This document shows positions 29,050 through 40,754 of a stretch of DNA of 64,000 nt, one piece after another; position 1 is the stretch's first letter, and each line of letters opens with the position of its first letter. The notes below the pieces were generated by a model. That model ran no database searches, had not been told where the DNA came from, and saw nothing but the letters and a program-made list of their open reading frames with translations. This DNA is from an uncultured Synechococcaceae cyanobacterium (GTDB lineage: Bacteria; Cyanobacteriota; Cyanobacteriia; PCC-6307; Cyanobiaceae), in the NCBI GenBank assembly GCA_903907855.1, contig CAIVPT010000191.1, positions 875-64,874 on the forward strand. Reading direction: 5' to 3'. Both the position numbers and the translations under genes were made by a program.

Positions 29050-29595
29050 TCAGCCCTCGGCGCCCGGATAATCGCCGTCGCCGCCACTGCCGCTGCGACG
29101 CCGACGGGCACGACCAGCTTCGAAGCTGTCGCCACCACCACCACCGCCGCCGTAGCTGCGGTCTTCCCAACCACGGGCGCCGGAACCGCCACCCTCGCCG
29201 CCACCGCCGCCGTAGCCGCCGCCGCCTCCACCACCTCGGTAGCCACCGCCACCACCGCCGCCGTAGCCGCCACCGCCACCTCGGTAGCCACCACCGCCGC
29301 CGCCGCCGTAGCCGCCGCCACGGGGGCCGCCGCCGCCACCGCCACCGCCGCCACTGCGCGGCTCGGCTTTGTTGATACGCAGGGGACGACCCATCAGATC
29401 AGCGCCCTGCAGAGCCTCGATGGCCCGCTCCTCGCTGTCCCCATCCGCCATCTCCACGAAGGCGAACCCCCGCTTGCGACCGGTGTCCCGCTCCAGGGGG
29501 AGGGAACAGTTCACGACTTCGCCGAAGGCGGCGAAGAGCTCCATCACATCTTCCTTCTCGGCACGGAAGGGCAGATTGCCAACAAAAATACTCAC
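29050..29595 (-). CDS. RRM-type RNA-binding protein with long Gly-rich tail
   Basis: RNP2 IFVGNL and RNP1 RGFAFVEM, followed by about 90 aa of GGY/RGG repeats. Confidence 0.9.
   Translation of the reverse strand: MSIFVGNLPFRAEKEDVMELFAAFGEVVNCSLPLERDTGRKRGFAFVEMADGDSEERAIEALQGADLMGRPLRINKAEPRSGGGGGGGGGPRGGGYGGGGGGGYRGGGGGYGGGGGGGYRGGGGGGGYGGGGGEGGGSGARGWEDRSYGGGGGGGDSFEAGRARRRRSGSGGDGDYPGAEG
29128..29353 (-). repeat. Imperfect tandem GGY/RGG-coding repeats inside the rbp gene
   Basis: Repeated units such as cctcggtagccaccgccaccaccgccgccgtagccgcc are visible on the + strand. This is coding low complexity, not CRISPR. Confidence 0.6.
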
Positions 29596-29663
29596 GGACC
29601 GACCCGAAATTGAACGAACGCCATGGCGTCAGGGACTCGCCAAGATTAGACCCGCCTGGCCGA

Positions 29664-31094
<1,431 letters not shown>

Positions 31095-31140
31095 CGGACG
31101 GGGACGGAAGGCGGCAGCGAGCGGCGGCCACCGCAACCAC

Positions 31141-32592
31141 TCAGCCCTCCAGCTTGGCAGGGCCGCCGGGCAGGGGCGGCAGCATCACCCCTTCGCGCAC
31201 CTTCAGCACCACCATCGAGGCATCGTCCTCCAGGTGGTGGTCGGGGCCAACAAAACGGTCGAGGCGCGCAAAGAGCTGATCGAGCAGGGCCTGGGCGCCG
31301 AGACCCTCGCGGCAGGCGCCGTGAAAGGCCCGCACCAACCGTTCCTCATCAAAGCGCTCGCCGCTGAAGCCGCTGGCCTCGGTGACGCCATCGGTGTAGT
31401 AGAGCAGCACATCCCCGGGCTCCAGCACCACCTGGGCGCAGCCGTAGTGGGCCTCGCTCTGCAGGCCGATCAGCAGGCCCGGGGCGTCAAGGCGCTCAAC
31501 GGCAGCGGAGCGGCGGCGCCAGAGCAGCGGTGGGTTGTGGGCGGCGTTGGCGAAGCGCAGGCGGCGGCTGCGGGGGTCGTAGTCGGAATAAAAAAGGCTC
31601 ACGAAGCGGTGGGACTGGGCCAGGTCCTCCTGGGCCAGCTGGTTGAGGTCATGGAGGATGCGATCGGGGGGCAGGCCACTGAGCACCTCGGCCCGCAGCA
31701 TCCCCCGCAGCAGGGTCATCAGCAGGCCGGCGGGCACCCCCTTGCCCATCACATCCCCCACCACCAGGGCCCAAGGCCCCTGTTCGCGGCGGCGACCGCT
31801 GAGCTGGGGGAAGACGGGAATGAAGTCGTAGTAGTCGCCTCCCACCTGAAAGGCAGGGCGACAGCGGGCCGCCAGCTCCACCCCCGCGATCAGCGGGCAG
31901 CGATCCGGCAGCAGCTGGGCCTGGATCTCGGCACCGATGCTCAGTTGGCGATCGAGCCGCTCGTGGCGGCGCATGTCCTCCTGCAGCAGCTCGTTCTCCA
32001 GGGCGACACCGGTGAGATCGGCCACGAGCTGCAGATGGCGGCGGTGCACCTCGCTCCAGCTGGTGCCCCGCCGGCCCCCGAAGACATACAGCCGACCGCG
32101 TTGGCGGCTGCGGGCCACCACCGAGGTGGCAAACACCTGGGCGCCCCCCAGCAGCCGCCGGATCAGGGGATCGAGCAACCCGGCCACCGCCTCATCGCTG
32201 GAGAGGGCCTGGAGTTGGGGGTCGGCGAGGGAGGCGATCTGGCGCAGCACCTCGGCGCAGCGTTCCCCCGATGTGGCCTGCAGCTGTTCGCGCCAGAGGC
32301 GGCCATCGGGATGGAACACCACCAGCAGGCAGCCGTCCGCCTCCACCAGCCGGGAGGCCACCAGGGGCACGAGCTCGAGGAACCGCCCCAGGTGGGTGAA
32401 GCTGCGCAGGGCAAAGGCCAGCGAAGCCAGGATCTCCTGGGTGCGGCGTTGCTCGCGGCTGAGGCTGTCGAGCAGTTGGCGCAGGGAGGCGGCGGCCGTC
32501 AGCGCCTGGGGGGAGCGGGGAGCGGCCGACAGGGCGGGGGACGGTTTCGGGGGCGGCTTGCTGCTCAAGGAGCGGCCGCAGAGGACCCGCAA
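31141..32592 (-). CDS. GAF-domain PP2C/SpoIIE-type serine phosphatase (RsbU/IcfG-like)
   Basis: The C-terminal half reads [48 protein letters not shown]. The N-terminal half is GAF-like. Confidence 0.8.
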   Translation of the reverse strand: MRVLCGRSLSSKPPPKPSPALSAAPRSPQALTAAASLRQLLDSLSREQRRTQEILASLAFALRSFTHLGRFLELVPLVASRLVEADGCLLVVFHPDGRLWREQLQATSGERCAEVLRQIASLADPQLQALSSDEAVAGLLDPLIRRLLGGAQVFATSVVARSRQRGRLYVFGGRRGTSWSEVHRRHLQLVADLTGVALENELLQEDMRRHERLDRQLSIGAEIQAQLLPDRCPLIAGVELAARCRPAFQVGGDYYDFIPVFPQLSGRRREQGPWALVVGDVMGKGVPAGLLMTLLRGMLRAEVLSGLPPDRILHDLNQLAQEDLAQSHRFVSLFYSDYDPRSRRLRFANAAHNPPLLWRRRSAAVERLDAPGLLIGLQSEAHYGCAQVVLEPGDVLLYYTDGVTEASGFSGERFDEERLVRAFHGACREGLGAQALLDQLFARLDRFVGPDHHLEDDASMVVLKVREGVMLPPLPGGPAKLEG

Positions 32593-32606
32593 GGTAGCAG
32601 CGGCGC

Positions 32607-34166
32607 TCAGCTGGAGAGCAGGGCCTCCACGAACTCAAAGCTGTTGAAGGGGCGCAGGTCGCGGATGCCCTCGCCGGCACCAACGAACCGGATCGGCAAA
32701 CCGGCCTCGGAGGCCACCGCCAGGGCGACGCCACCGCGGGCGCTGCCGTCGAGCTTGGTGAGCACCACACCGGTGAGGCCGGCGGCGCTGGCGAAGGCCA
32801 TGGCCTGGCGCAGGCCGTTCTGGCCCTGGCTGGCGTCGAGCACCAGCAGGGATTCCACCGCAGCCTCGGGCGCCAGCTTGTCGACGATGCGCCGCACCTT
32901 GCTGAGCTCCTCCATGAGGTTGTGCTTCGTCTGGAGCCGGCCAGCGGTGTCGACCAGCACCAGCTCGGTGCCGCGGGAGCGGGCGGCGCCGATGGCGTCG
33001 TAGACAACGGCGGCGGGATCGGCGTTGGCGCTGGGGTTGGCGACCACGGGCACACCGCTGCGCTCCCCCCAGACGCTCACCTGCTGAACGGCGGCGGCCC
33101 GGAAGGTGTCGGCGGCGGCGATCAGGCAGCTGTAGCCACTGCGCACGGCGAGGTTGGCGAGCTTGCCCAGGGTGGTGGTCTTGCCGACCCCGTTGACACC
33201 CACCAGCAGCCAGACGTTGAGACGGTCGCGGCGGGGGGCGAGCAGGGGCTCACCGCTCTGCTGGATCGGGGCGTCGAGCAGGCCGCGCAGCTGCTCCTTG
33301 AGGAAGCGGATGCCCTCGGCGGGGTCGACCACCTCCTCGTTCAGGCGGCGGCGCAGGGCGTCGAGCACCCGGTCGGTGGCCTGCACGCCCACATCAGCCC
33401 GCAGCAGGGTGGTCTCCAGGTCGTCGAGCACCTCGGGGGTGAGGGGGTCGTCGCCGAGATTGGCCAGCAGCTGGGTGACGAAACCGCGGCGGGTCTTCTC
33501 CAGGCCGCGGCGCAGGCGACCGAGCCAGTCGATCTCCTCGACCGACATCTGGTCAACGCTGCGCCCCTGGGCGGCGAGCACTTCCGCCGACCAGGTGAAG
33601 TCGGCGTCGAAGGCGCCGAGCTGGGGCTCGGTCTCCTCGGCCGCGGCGGCCGGAGCAGGGGGTGCCGCCAGGGGCGCGGCGGGCGGCGCTGGGGGGGCGG
33701 GCTCCGCTGGGGCAGCGGTGATCTGCTCCAGCCGGGCACGGCGCTCGGCTGCTGCCTGCTCCAGGAGCGAAAGCCCGGGGGCGGGGGCCGGATCCGGGGC
33801 AGCGGCGGCAATCTCCGGCGCAGCAGCGGGTGGTTCCGGCGCGGCGCTGTCCGGCAACTCGGGGGCGGGGGGCTCTGGGGCGCGGCGGGCGGCCTCCTGC
33901 TGGGCCCGCAGACGGGCGTAGGCCTCCCGGGCCCAGGCCAGGGCGTCCTCATCGACCGAGCCCACCGGCGGCGTGGCCGGTTCCGCCGGGGCAGGGTCCG
34001 CAGGGGGCTCAGCGACTGGAGCGGGCGCGGGCGGTGAGCCGGCGGCCTCAGGGACCTCCGGAGCCACCTCAGGGACCTCCGCGGCCTCGCCCGTCTCAGG
34101 GGCTTCAGCGGGGGAAGGGGCAGCCGGGGGCGGGGTAGCGCCGCGCTGGAACCAGTCGAAGACCAT
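32607..34166 (-). CDS. ftsY: Signal recognition particle receptor FtsY
   Basis: Acidic Pro/Ala/Glu-rich N-terminus, then the NG domain with GVNGVGKTTTLGKLA, DTAGRL and TKLDGSARGG. Confidence 0.9.
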   Translation of the reverse strand: MVFDWFQRGATPPPAAPSPAEAPETGEAAEVPEVAPEVPEAAGSPPAPAPVAEPPADPAPAEPATPPVGSVDEDALAWAREAYARLRAQQEAARRAPEPPAPELPDSAAPEPPAAAPEIAAAAPDPAPAPGLSLLEQAAAERRARLEQITAAPAEPAPPAPPAAPLAAPPAPAAAAEETEPQLGAFDADFTWSAEVLAAQGRSVDQMSVEEIDWLGRLRRGLEKTRRGFVTQLLANLGDDPLTPEVLDDLETTLLRADVGVQATDRVLDALRRRLNEEVVDPAEGIRFLKEQLRGLLDAPIQQSGEPLLAPRRDRLNVWLLVGVNGVGKTTTLGKLANLAVRSGYSCLIAAADTFRAAAVQQVSVWGERSGVPVVANPSANADPAAVVYDAIGAARSRGTELVLVDTAGRLQTKHNLMEELSKVRRIVDKLAPEAAVESLLVLDASQGQNGLRQAMAFASAAGLTGVVLTKLDGSARGGVALAVASEAGLPIRFVGAGEGIRDLRPFNSFEFVEALLSS

Positions 34167-34172
34167 CGCCGC

Positions 34173-34793
34173 TCAGACCTTCGCCGTGGTGTAGCGGCGC
34201 AGCACGCCATTGATCATGCGACGGCCCTGCTCATCGCTGTAGCGATTGGCCAGCTCGACCGCCTCGTTGCAGGCCACCGCCGCCGGAGTTCCCAGGGTGC
34301 CCAAATCCACAGCGGCAAGGCGCAGGATGTCGCGATCGATGCGGGGCAGGCGGGCGAGGCGCCAACCCTCCATCACCGCATCGAGCCGGGCATCGATCGC
34401 ATCGCGCTCCGCCAGCACGGCACGGGCCCGCTCGATCGCACCGCGACGCACCTCCTCCTGATCGGCCAACAGCAGCAGGCGGGGCAGCTCCAGGCTGGCT
34501 GAGAGGCGGTTCAGGGCGTGCTCCGCGTGGGAAAGACCCTCGCGCAGGTGCTGGCGAACCCGGGGAAGGGAGCTCTCGCCCTCCTGTTGCAGCTCGCTGT
34601 CGAGCAGCTCCCGCTCGGCCTGCTGCAGATCGGCGGCGGAGCGGTCGAGGGCTTCGCGCACATGCTGGGCCAGGCTGGCGAGGGCCTGCTGCAACAGGGT
34701 CTCCAGGGGAAGATCGGGGGCTGCGGCGCTGCGGTCGCTGACCTGACCGAGCATCAACAGGGCGAGTTCGCGGGCGAGGGTGCGGCTCTTCAT
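34173..34793 (-). CDS. nusB: Transcription antitermination factor NusB
   Basis: SRTLARELALLMLGQV...RLAAVDLGTLGTPAAVACNEAVELANRYSDEQGRRMINGVL. Confidence 0.9.
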   Translation of the reverse strand: MKSRTLARELALLMLGQVSDRSAAAPDLPLETLLQQALASLAQHVREALDRSAADLQQAERELLDSELQQEGESSLPRVRQHLREGLSHAEHALNRLSASLELPRLLLLADQEEVRRGAIERARAVLAERDAIDARLDAVMEGWRLARLPRIDRDILRLAAVDLGTLGTPAAVACNEAVELANRYSDEQGRRMINGVLRRYTTAKV

Positions 34794-35570
34794 TCAGGAA
34801 AGCTGGGGTGCCCGCAGCTGGGCCAGGAGGCTCGAGAAACTGCGGTTGGAAGGGGGCTCCTTCTCATCCGGACTGACGATGCCCGCGGAAATGATCGTGC
34901 GGAAGGCATCTTCGACGCTCAGATCGACATCGCGAACGGAGCGCTCCGGCACTACCGCGTACCAGCCCGTCGTGGGGTTGGGGGCCGTGGGAATGAACAC
35001 GCTCAACATCGTCTGGTCAAAGTCGGCCTGGATGGAGGAGCTCAGGACGCCGGTGACGAAACCGAGGGCATAGAGGCCCTCACGGGGGTATTCCACCAGC
35101 ACCACCCGACGAAACCGACGCGAGTTATCCCGCAGGAAGGTTTCCAGGAGCTGCTTGAGGGTCTTGTAGACCGACCCGGCCAAGGGGATGCGAAGGAGGG
35201 TGCCCTCGCCGAACTCCAGCAACCAGCGCCCGACGATATTGCGGGCCATCAGGCCGATCAGCAGGATGCCGAGAAGGGGCACCAACAGGCCCACCCCCAG
35301 GTTGATCAGCTCCTGCAGGAGCGGATTGAGGGTGTTGAACGGGTTGAACTGCTTGGGGATCGACGTGAGGAACGCCAGCACAAAACGGCTGACGGTTGTG
35401 GCCAACCAGATCGTGGTGGCCAGCGGGATCACCACCAGCAGGCCAGCGATCAGATCGTTCTTGAGATCCTGCTGGAGGCGGTTGCCCAGCGGCTGATCGG
35501 GTCGGGGACTGGAGGGAACCACGGACCGGGTCGTGGGAAGAACAGCAACGCTAACCAGCGGCCGGGCCAA
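34794..35570 (-). CDS. DUF502-like membrane protein
   Basis: LKNDLIAGLLVVIPLATTIWLATTV... plus LVEYPREGLYALGFVTG resembles the DUF502 family. It abuts the nusB start. Confidence 0.75.
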   Translation of the reverse strand: MARPLVSVAVLPTTRSVVPSSPRPDQPLGNRLQQDLKNDLIAGLLVVIPLATTIWLATTVSRFVLAFLTSIPKQFNPFNTLNPLLQELINLGVGLLVPLLGILLIGLMARNIVGRWLLEFGEGTLLRIPLAGSVYKTLKQLLETFLRDNSRRFRRVVLVEYPREGLYALGFVTGVLSSSIQADFDQTMLSVFIPTAPNPTTGWYAVVPERSVRDVDLSVEDAFRTIISAGIVSPDEKEPPSNRSFSSLLAQLRAPQLS

Positions 35571-35574
35571 CGGC

Positions 35575-36231
35575 TCAGAGAACGCTGCCGAGGCAGAGGA
35601 TGGTGAAGGCCACGATCAGGGTGATGGCGCCTCCGGTGCTTCCGAAACGGCGCTGGCTGTTCGCCACCTTGGCGCTCTGTTCGGTCTGGGTGAACTTCTT
35701 CTCCATCGTGTCGAGCTGACGGTCGATGAAGGCGCGGGCGGCCTGGAGCTTCTGGGCGTCGCTGGCGCCGGCCGGGATCTGGCCGGCGGACTCCGCCTGG
35801 CGCACCAGCTGCTGCAGCACGGCGGGATCCTTGCTCTGCTGGCGGGCCATCTCCAGCTGGCCGCGCTGGGCGGCGATCTGCTGGTCGGTCTGGTCCTGGA
35901 GGATCTGATCGCCGCCGAAGGCGATCGGCAGGGAGGCGGTGAGGAACACCGCCAGCAGGCCGCTGATGATGCAGATGGCCCAGTGGATAGGCGTGCGCGT
36001 GTCCGACCCCGCAGGATCCTCCAGACGGGAGGAGAGGTACATCAGCAGCAGGCCCACCAGCGCCATGGGGGCCTGGCTCACCAGACGCTCCACCACCAGC
36101 TGGCGGAAGGGCTCACTGCCCCAATCCCACAGGATGAGAACGGAGAGCATCTGCAGGAGCAGAAGCACCACGAGGGTGATGCCCATCCAACGCAGCAGGG
36201 GGCTGTGTCGGGTGGCAGAGAGACCGGTCAC
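35575..36231 (-). CDS. Conserved cyanobacterial membrane protein (HpsJ-like?)
   Basis: N- and C-terminal TM helices flank a Gln-rich coiled region (QTDQQIAAQRGQLEMARQQSKD). The start is GTG at 36231 or ATG at 36186. The family name is from memory only. Confidence 0.6.
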   Translation of the reverse strand: MTGLSATRHSPLLRWMGITLVVLLLLQMLSVLILWDWGSEPFRQLVVERLVSQAPMALVGLLLMYLSSRLEDPAGSDTRTPIHWAICIISGLLAVFLTASLPIAFGGDQILQDQTDQQIAAQRGQLEMARQQSKDPAVLQQLVRQAESAGQIPAGASDAQKLQAARAFIDRQLDTMEKKFTQTEQSAKVANSQRRFGSTGGAITLIVAFTILCLGSVL

Positions 36232-36270
36232 GCGAGCGAATACAGGGTTTTCCCACCTTAACGAGCACCC

Positions 36271-37227
36271 GTGAACCAGCCATCCCCGCCCAGCCTTGTG
36301 CAACAACTCAAACGGGAGGCGGCCGCCCTGGGCTTTGATCCGGTGGGCATCGCCGCCGTACCCGGCGGGCCGCGGCTGGCGCTGCGCAGCGCCGCCCTCG
36401 AACGCTGGTTGGCGGCGGGCCACCAGGCCGACATGGCCTGGATGGCCGATCCGCGGCGGCGGGCGGTGGCGGAACTCCTGCCGGGGGTGCGGGCGCTGGT
36501 AGCGGTGGCCCTGCCGCACCATGTGGCCGCGGTCCGGGCTCCGGGGGCCCTGAAGGTGGCCCGCTACGGCTGGGGCCGCGACTACCACCGCCTGATCGAC
36601 GGACGGCTACGGCGCCTGGGCCGCTGGCTGGAGGGCCGCTGCCCAGGCAGCCGCTGGCGCGTCTGTGTCGACAGCGCACCGCTGATGGACAAGGCCTGGG
36701 CTGAGGAGGCAGGCCTGGGCTGGATCGGCAAGCACGGCAACCTGATCCACCGCCGGCGGGGCTCCTGGCTGCTGCTGGGGCACCTGCTCACCACCGTGCC
36801 CCTGCCAGCGGACGAGCCGGCGGCGAGCCTTTGCGGCCGCTGCCAGGCCTGCCTGGAGGCCTGCCCCACCGGCGCCATCCCGGAACCCTTTGTGGTGGAT
36901 GCCCGTCGCTGCCTCGCATACCACACCATCGAAAACCGCGATCCGCAGCTGCCGGCGCCGATCGCCGCCCAGCTGCACGGGTGGGTGGCCGGCTGCGATA
37001 TCTGCCAGGAGGTGTGTCCGTGGAACCGCGAGCCCCTGCCGACAAGCGACGATCCCGACCTGCAACCCCGCCCCTGGCTTCTCGACCTGCCGGCGGAGGA
37101 GGCCCTGCGCTGGAGCGATGCCGACTGGGACGAGCGGCTGCGAGCCTCGGCCCTGCGCCGCATCAAGCCGTGGATGTGGCGACGCAATATCACAGCCGCC
37201 CTGGGGAAAGGGGGGACCTCTCCCTAG
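36271..37227 (+). CDS. queG: Epoxyqueuosine reductase
   Basis: Two 4Fe-4S motifs (CGRCQACLEACPTGAI and CDICQEVCPWN), plus CLAYHTIENR. Confidence 0.85.
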   Translation: MNQPSPPSLVQQLKREAAALGFDPVGIAAVPGGPRLALRSAALERWLAAGHQADMAWMADPRRRAVAELLPGVRALVAVALPHHVAAVRAPGALKVARYGWGRDYHRLIDGRLRRLGRWLEGRCPGSRWRVCVDSAPLMDKAWAEEAGLGWIGKHGNLIHRRRGSWLLLGHLLTTVPLPADEPAASLCGRCQACLEACPTGAIPEPFVVDARRCLAYHTIENRDPQLPAPIAAQLHGWVAGCDICQEVCPWNREPLPTSDDPDLQPRPWLLDLPAEEALRWSDADWDERLRASALRRIKPWMWRRNITAALGKGGTSP

Positions 37228-37297
37228 GCTGGGTCGAATTCGTGCGGATCCTGTGGGCCGGCCCCGGGGGCAACTCGTTACCCATCTACTGCGCAGA

Positions 37298-38185
37298 GTG
37301 CTCCCCAGCCTGCCGCTGGCCCTCACCCTGACGCTGCCGGCGATGCAAGCCGGCGCCGCCAAGGCGATGGTTCCTTACGTCTACGTGCCGCCGGAGCGGG
37401 ATCTGGAGGCGGCGGGCCTCGGCATCGCGCAGGCGGCGGCCCGGTTGCTGCGGATGGGGCAGGCGGAGGAGGCGGCTCGGCTGGCGGAGCTCACCGTGCG
37501 GCTGCTGCCGGCTGATCCCCGAGGTTGGGTACTGCTGGCGGAAGCCCAGCTGCGCAGCGACCGGGTGGACAAGGCGCTGTGGGCCCTGGGCAAGGCCAAG
37601 CAGCTCGACCCCCAGAACCCCGGCATCTGGTTCGCCGAAGGGTCGTTGGCGCTGCGCAACCGCAAGCCCGAGGAGGCGATCGGGCTGCTGCAACGCGGCC
37701 TCCAGCTCGATCGCCGCAACGCCAGCGCCTATTTCGACCTCGGCAACGCCCAGGTGCTGCTCGACCAGCGCGATCGGGCCCTGGGCTCGTTCGAGCAGGC
37801 GGCGAAGCTGCGCCGCGACTTCTGGGAAGCGATCAACAACCAGGGGTTGGTGCTGTGGGAAGTCGACCGGCGTCCCGCGGCACTCGAACGCTGGCGGCGG
37901 GTGCTGGGCCTCAAGCCCGATGTTCCGGAAACCTCCCTGGCCCTGGCGGCCGGCCTGTTCGCCACCGATCCGGTGGCCCAGCGCGGTGAGGCCCTGCGCC
38001 TGGCAGAACTCGCCCTCAACGAGGATCCCAACTACGTTCTCGACAGCTATCAGGCCGAGCAGCTCTGGGGCACCAAACTGCGCGGGGACACGCGACGGCT
38101 GCTGGCCCAGCCCGAACTGAAGATGGTGGTGGAGCGGGCGATGGCCAACGCCACGGCAGCCGAAGATCCGGGCGCAGAACCCTGA
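37298..38185 (+). CDS. TPR-repeat protein with signal peptide
   Basis: Repeats such as WFAEGSLALRNRKPEEAIGLLQRGLQLDRRNASAYFDLGNA. GTG at 37298 is chosen because it follows the queG stop. The track ORF start at 36890 overlaps queG. Confidence 0.7.
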   Translation: MLPSLPLALTLTLPAMQAGAAKAMVPYVYVPPERDLEAAGLGIAQAAARLLRMGQAEEAARLAELTVRLLPADPRGWVLLAEAQLRSDRVDKALWALGKAKQLDPQNPGIWFAEGSLALRNRKPEEAIGLLQRGLQLDRRNASAYFDLGNAQVLLDQRDRALGSFEQAAKLRRDFWEAINNQGLVLWEVDRRPAALERWRRVLGLKPDVPETSLALAAGLFATDPVAQRGEALRLAELALNEDPNYVLDSYQAEQLWGTKLRGDTRRLLAQPELKMVVERAMANATAAEDPGAEP

Positions 38186-38252
38186 ACCCTGGTCAGGCGT
38201 GCCGCCATCGGTAGGCTGAGCGCCGTCTTCCGCCCTCAGACCCCAGCACCGG

Positions 38253-40754
38253 ATGGCCGAGGAGCGCCCGACAATCCCCAACGGGGACGACGACAGGATC
38301 GAGCCGATCGCCCTGCATCAGGAGATGCAGCGCTCGTATCTCGAATACGCGATGAGCGTGATCGTCGGGCGCGCCTTGCCCGATGTGCGCGATGGCCTCA
38401 AGCCGGTGCAGCGCCGCATCCTCTTCGCGATGCATGAGCTCGGGCTGACCCCCGACCGCCCTTACCGCAAGTGCGCCCGCGTGGTGGGCGATGTGCTGGG
38501 CAAATACCACCCCCATGGCGACCAGGCCGTCTACGACGCCCTGGTGCGGCTTGTGCAGACCTTCGCCAGCCGCCATCCGCTTCTCGATGGCCACGGCAAC
38601 TTCGGCTCGGTCGATGACGACCCGCCGGCGGCGATGCGCTACACGGAAACCCGGCTGGCGCCGATCGCCAACGAGGCCATGCTCGATGAGATCGGCAACG
38701 AGACGGTCGATTTCGCCCCCAACTTCGACGGCTCCCAGCAGGAGCCCACGGTGCTGCCGGCCCAGCTCCCCTTCCTGCTGCTCAACGGCTGCTCGGGCAT
38801 CGCGGTGGGCATGGCCACGAGCATCCCGCCCCACAACCTCGGCGAGGTGGTGGACGCGCTGATCGCCCTGATCCGCCGCCCCGATCTCAGCGACGAAAAG
38901 CTGCTCGAGCTCGTTCCAGGACCCGACTTCCCCACCGGCGGCGAGGTGCTCACCGGCGGCGGTCTGCGCGACACCTACCTCTGCGGCCGCGGCAGCATCC
39001 CGATGCGGGGCATCAGCCACTTTGAGGAGGTGCAGCCGGGCAAGGGGCGGCACCGCCGCAGCGCCATCGTGGTGACGGAGCTTCCCTACCAACTCAGCAA
39101 GGCCGGCTGGATCGAGAAGCTCGCCGAACAGGTGAATGAGGGCCGCATCACCGGCATCGCCGACATCCGCGACGAAAGCGACCGCGACGGGATGCGGGTG
39201 GTGGTGGAGCTCCGCCGCGACGCCAACGCCGCCACCGTGCTGGCCGAGCTGCAACGCCGCACCGCCCTGCAGAGCAACTTCGGCGCGATCCTGCTGGCCC
39301 TGGTGAACGGCCAGCCGGTCCAGCTCAGCCTGCGCCAGATGCTGCAGCAGTTCCTGGAATACCGGGAACTCACCCTGATCCGCCGCACCCGCCATGCCCT
39401 GAGCCGCTGTGAGGATCGGCTGGAGGTGGTGGAAGGTCTGATCCAGGCCCTGGCCCATCTGCGGGAGGTGATCGAGATGATCACCGCCGCCGCCGATGCG
39501 GCCGCCGCCAAGGCCAGCCTGCAGGTGCACCTCGATCTGAGCGAACGCCAGGCCGAAGCGGTACTGGCCATGCCGCTGCGGCGCCTCACCGGGCTGGAGC
39601 AGGAGAGCCTGCGCAAGGAGGCCGAGGAGCGGCGGGAGGAGCGCACGCGTCTGCGTCACCTGCTCGACGAGCGCGACAGCCTCCTCGACACGATGGTGAG
39701 CGAGCTGAAGGCGCTGAAGAAGCGCTACGCCACACCGCGCCGCACCCGGTTGGTGGAAGGGGGCGACGAACTGGCGGCCCAGCGGGGCGCCGCCGTACGG
39801 CCGAACGCGGAACTGCAGCGCCAGCAGGCGTTTGAAGGTCTCTCCAGCGACGGTCGCCTGCTGCTCCAGGCCGATGGCACGCTGCGGATCGTCACGCCCC
39901 AGGTGCTGGGCCGCCTGCACCTCGACGAGCCGGCCGAACTGGGGGAGCAGCCGCCGCCGGCCCGGTTGCTGCTGCCGGTGGGCGACCATCCCCAGCTGCT
40001 CGCCTTCAGCGCCGATGGCCGTGTAGCCCTGCTGCGCTGGGAGTTCGCCGGCCAGCAACCGGGGGGGGTGGAGCGCTTTCTGCCCGAGAGCCTGAGCGGC
40101 GCCCGCCTGGTGCAGGTGCTGCCGCTCCCCTCTCCGGCGGAGGGGAGCCTGGGGTTGCTGAGCAGCGATGGCCGCTTCAAGCGGCTGCCGATCGAAGACT
40201 TCCTGGAGCTCTCCGGCCGGGCCGCCACCGTGCTCAAACTCAAGGACGGGGTGGAGCTGCAGCGGGTGGTTCCCTGCCGGGAGGGGCAGGATCTGGTGGT
40301 GGGGAGCAGCACCGGCCGGCTGCTGCGGCTGGCCGTGAACGAGGCCAATCTGCCGGTGATGGGGCGGACCGCCCAGGGGCCCATGCTGCTGCGGTTGCTG
40401 CCCGGCGAGGGGGTGGTGGGGGCGGCCTGCGTGGCCAGCGGTGGCGACGGCGGGGTGGTACTGGCCAGTCGCGGCGGCCAGCTCAAGCGGTTGCGGCTGG
40501 CCGACCTGCGCCTCTGTCAGCGCGGCGACATCGGCCAGATCGGCCTGCGCTTCCATTCCCGCGACGATGGCCTGATCGACCTCTGCGGCGACGACACTTC
40601 GCTGCTGGGGCTGCGGTTGGAGGGGGGCGCGGGGCGCAGTGGCCGGCTGCGGCCGGGCGACCTGCCTGCGGAGGACGTCGGCGGGACCGGCATCCAGCTG
40701 GCCCTGGTGGGCACGGAGAGCCTGCGGGAGCTGGTGCCGCTCCAGCGCCCATGA
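38253..40754 (+). CDS. DNA gyrase / topoisomerase IV subunit A family protein (no GyrA box seen)
   Basis: [28 protein letters not shown] and the active-site region [10 protein letters not shown]. The C-terminal beta-pinwheel-like region lacks a QRRGGKG motif. Confidence 0.9.
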   Translation: MAEERPTIPNGDDDRIEPIALHQEMQRSYLEYAMSVIVGRALPDVRDGLKPVQRRILFAMHELGLTPDRPYRKCARVVGDVLGKYHPHGDQAVYDALVRLVQTFASRHPLLDGHGNFGSVDDDPPAAMRYTETRLAPIANEAMLDEIGNETVDFAPNFDGSQQEPTVLPAQLPFLLLNGCSGIAVGMATSIPPHNLGEVVDALIALIRRPDLSDEKLLELVPGPDFPTGGEVLTGGGLRDTYLCGRGSIPMRGISHFEEVQPGKGRHRRSAIVVTELPYQLSKAGWIEKLAEQVNEGRITGIADIRDESDRDGMRVVVELRRDANAATVLAELQRRTALQSNFGAILLALVNGQPVQLSLRQMLQQFLEYRELTLIRRTRHALSRCEDRLEVVEGLIQALAHLREVIEMITAAADAAAAKASLQVHLDLSERQAEAVLAMPLRRLTGLEQESLRKEAEERREERTRLRHLLDERDSLLDTMVSELKALKKRYATPRRTRLVEGGDELAAQRGAAVRPNAELQRQQAFEGLSSDGRLLLQADGTLRIVTPQVLGRLHLDEPAELGEQPPPARLLLPVGDHPQLLAFSADGRVALLRWEFAGQQPGGVERFLPESLSGARLVQVLPLPSPAEGSLGLLSSDGRFKRLPIEDFLELSGRAATVLKLKDGVELQRVVPCREGQDLVVGSSTGRLLRLAVNEANLPVMGRTAQGPMLLRLLPGEGVVGAACVASGGDGGVVLASRGGQLKRLRLADLRLCQRGDIGQIGLRFHSRDDGLIDLCGDDTSLLGLRLEGGAGRSGRLRPGDLPAEDVGGTGIQLALVGTESLRELVPLQRP

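Noticed and set aside
29128-29353. Tandem repeats as a possible CRISPR array or minisatellite
   Set aside because: The repeats are in frame and encode the GGY/RGG tail of the RRM protein. There is no spacer-repeat architecture and no cas gene in the window.
29618-29629. 12-bp perfect palindrome ACGCCATGGCGT in the rbp leader
   Set aside because: By my rough estimate, about 30 palindromes of this length are expected by chance in 64 kb at this composition. It cannot form a useful hairpin without a loop.
38193-40556. 787-aa minus-strand ORF
   Set aside because: It is antisense to the GyrA-family gene. No motifs are present and the composition is typical of a shadow ORF.
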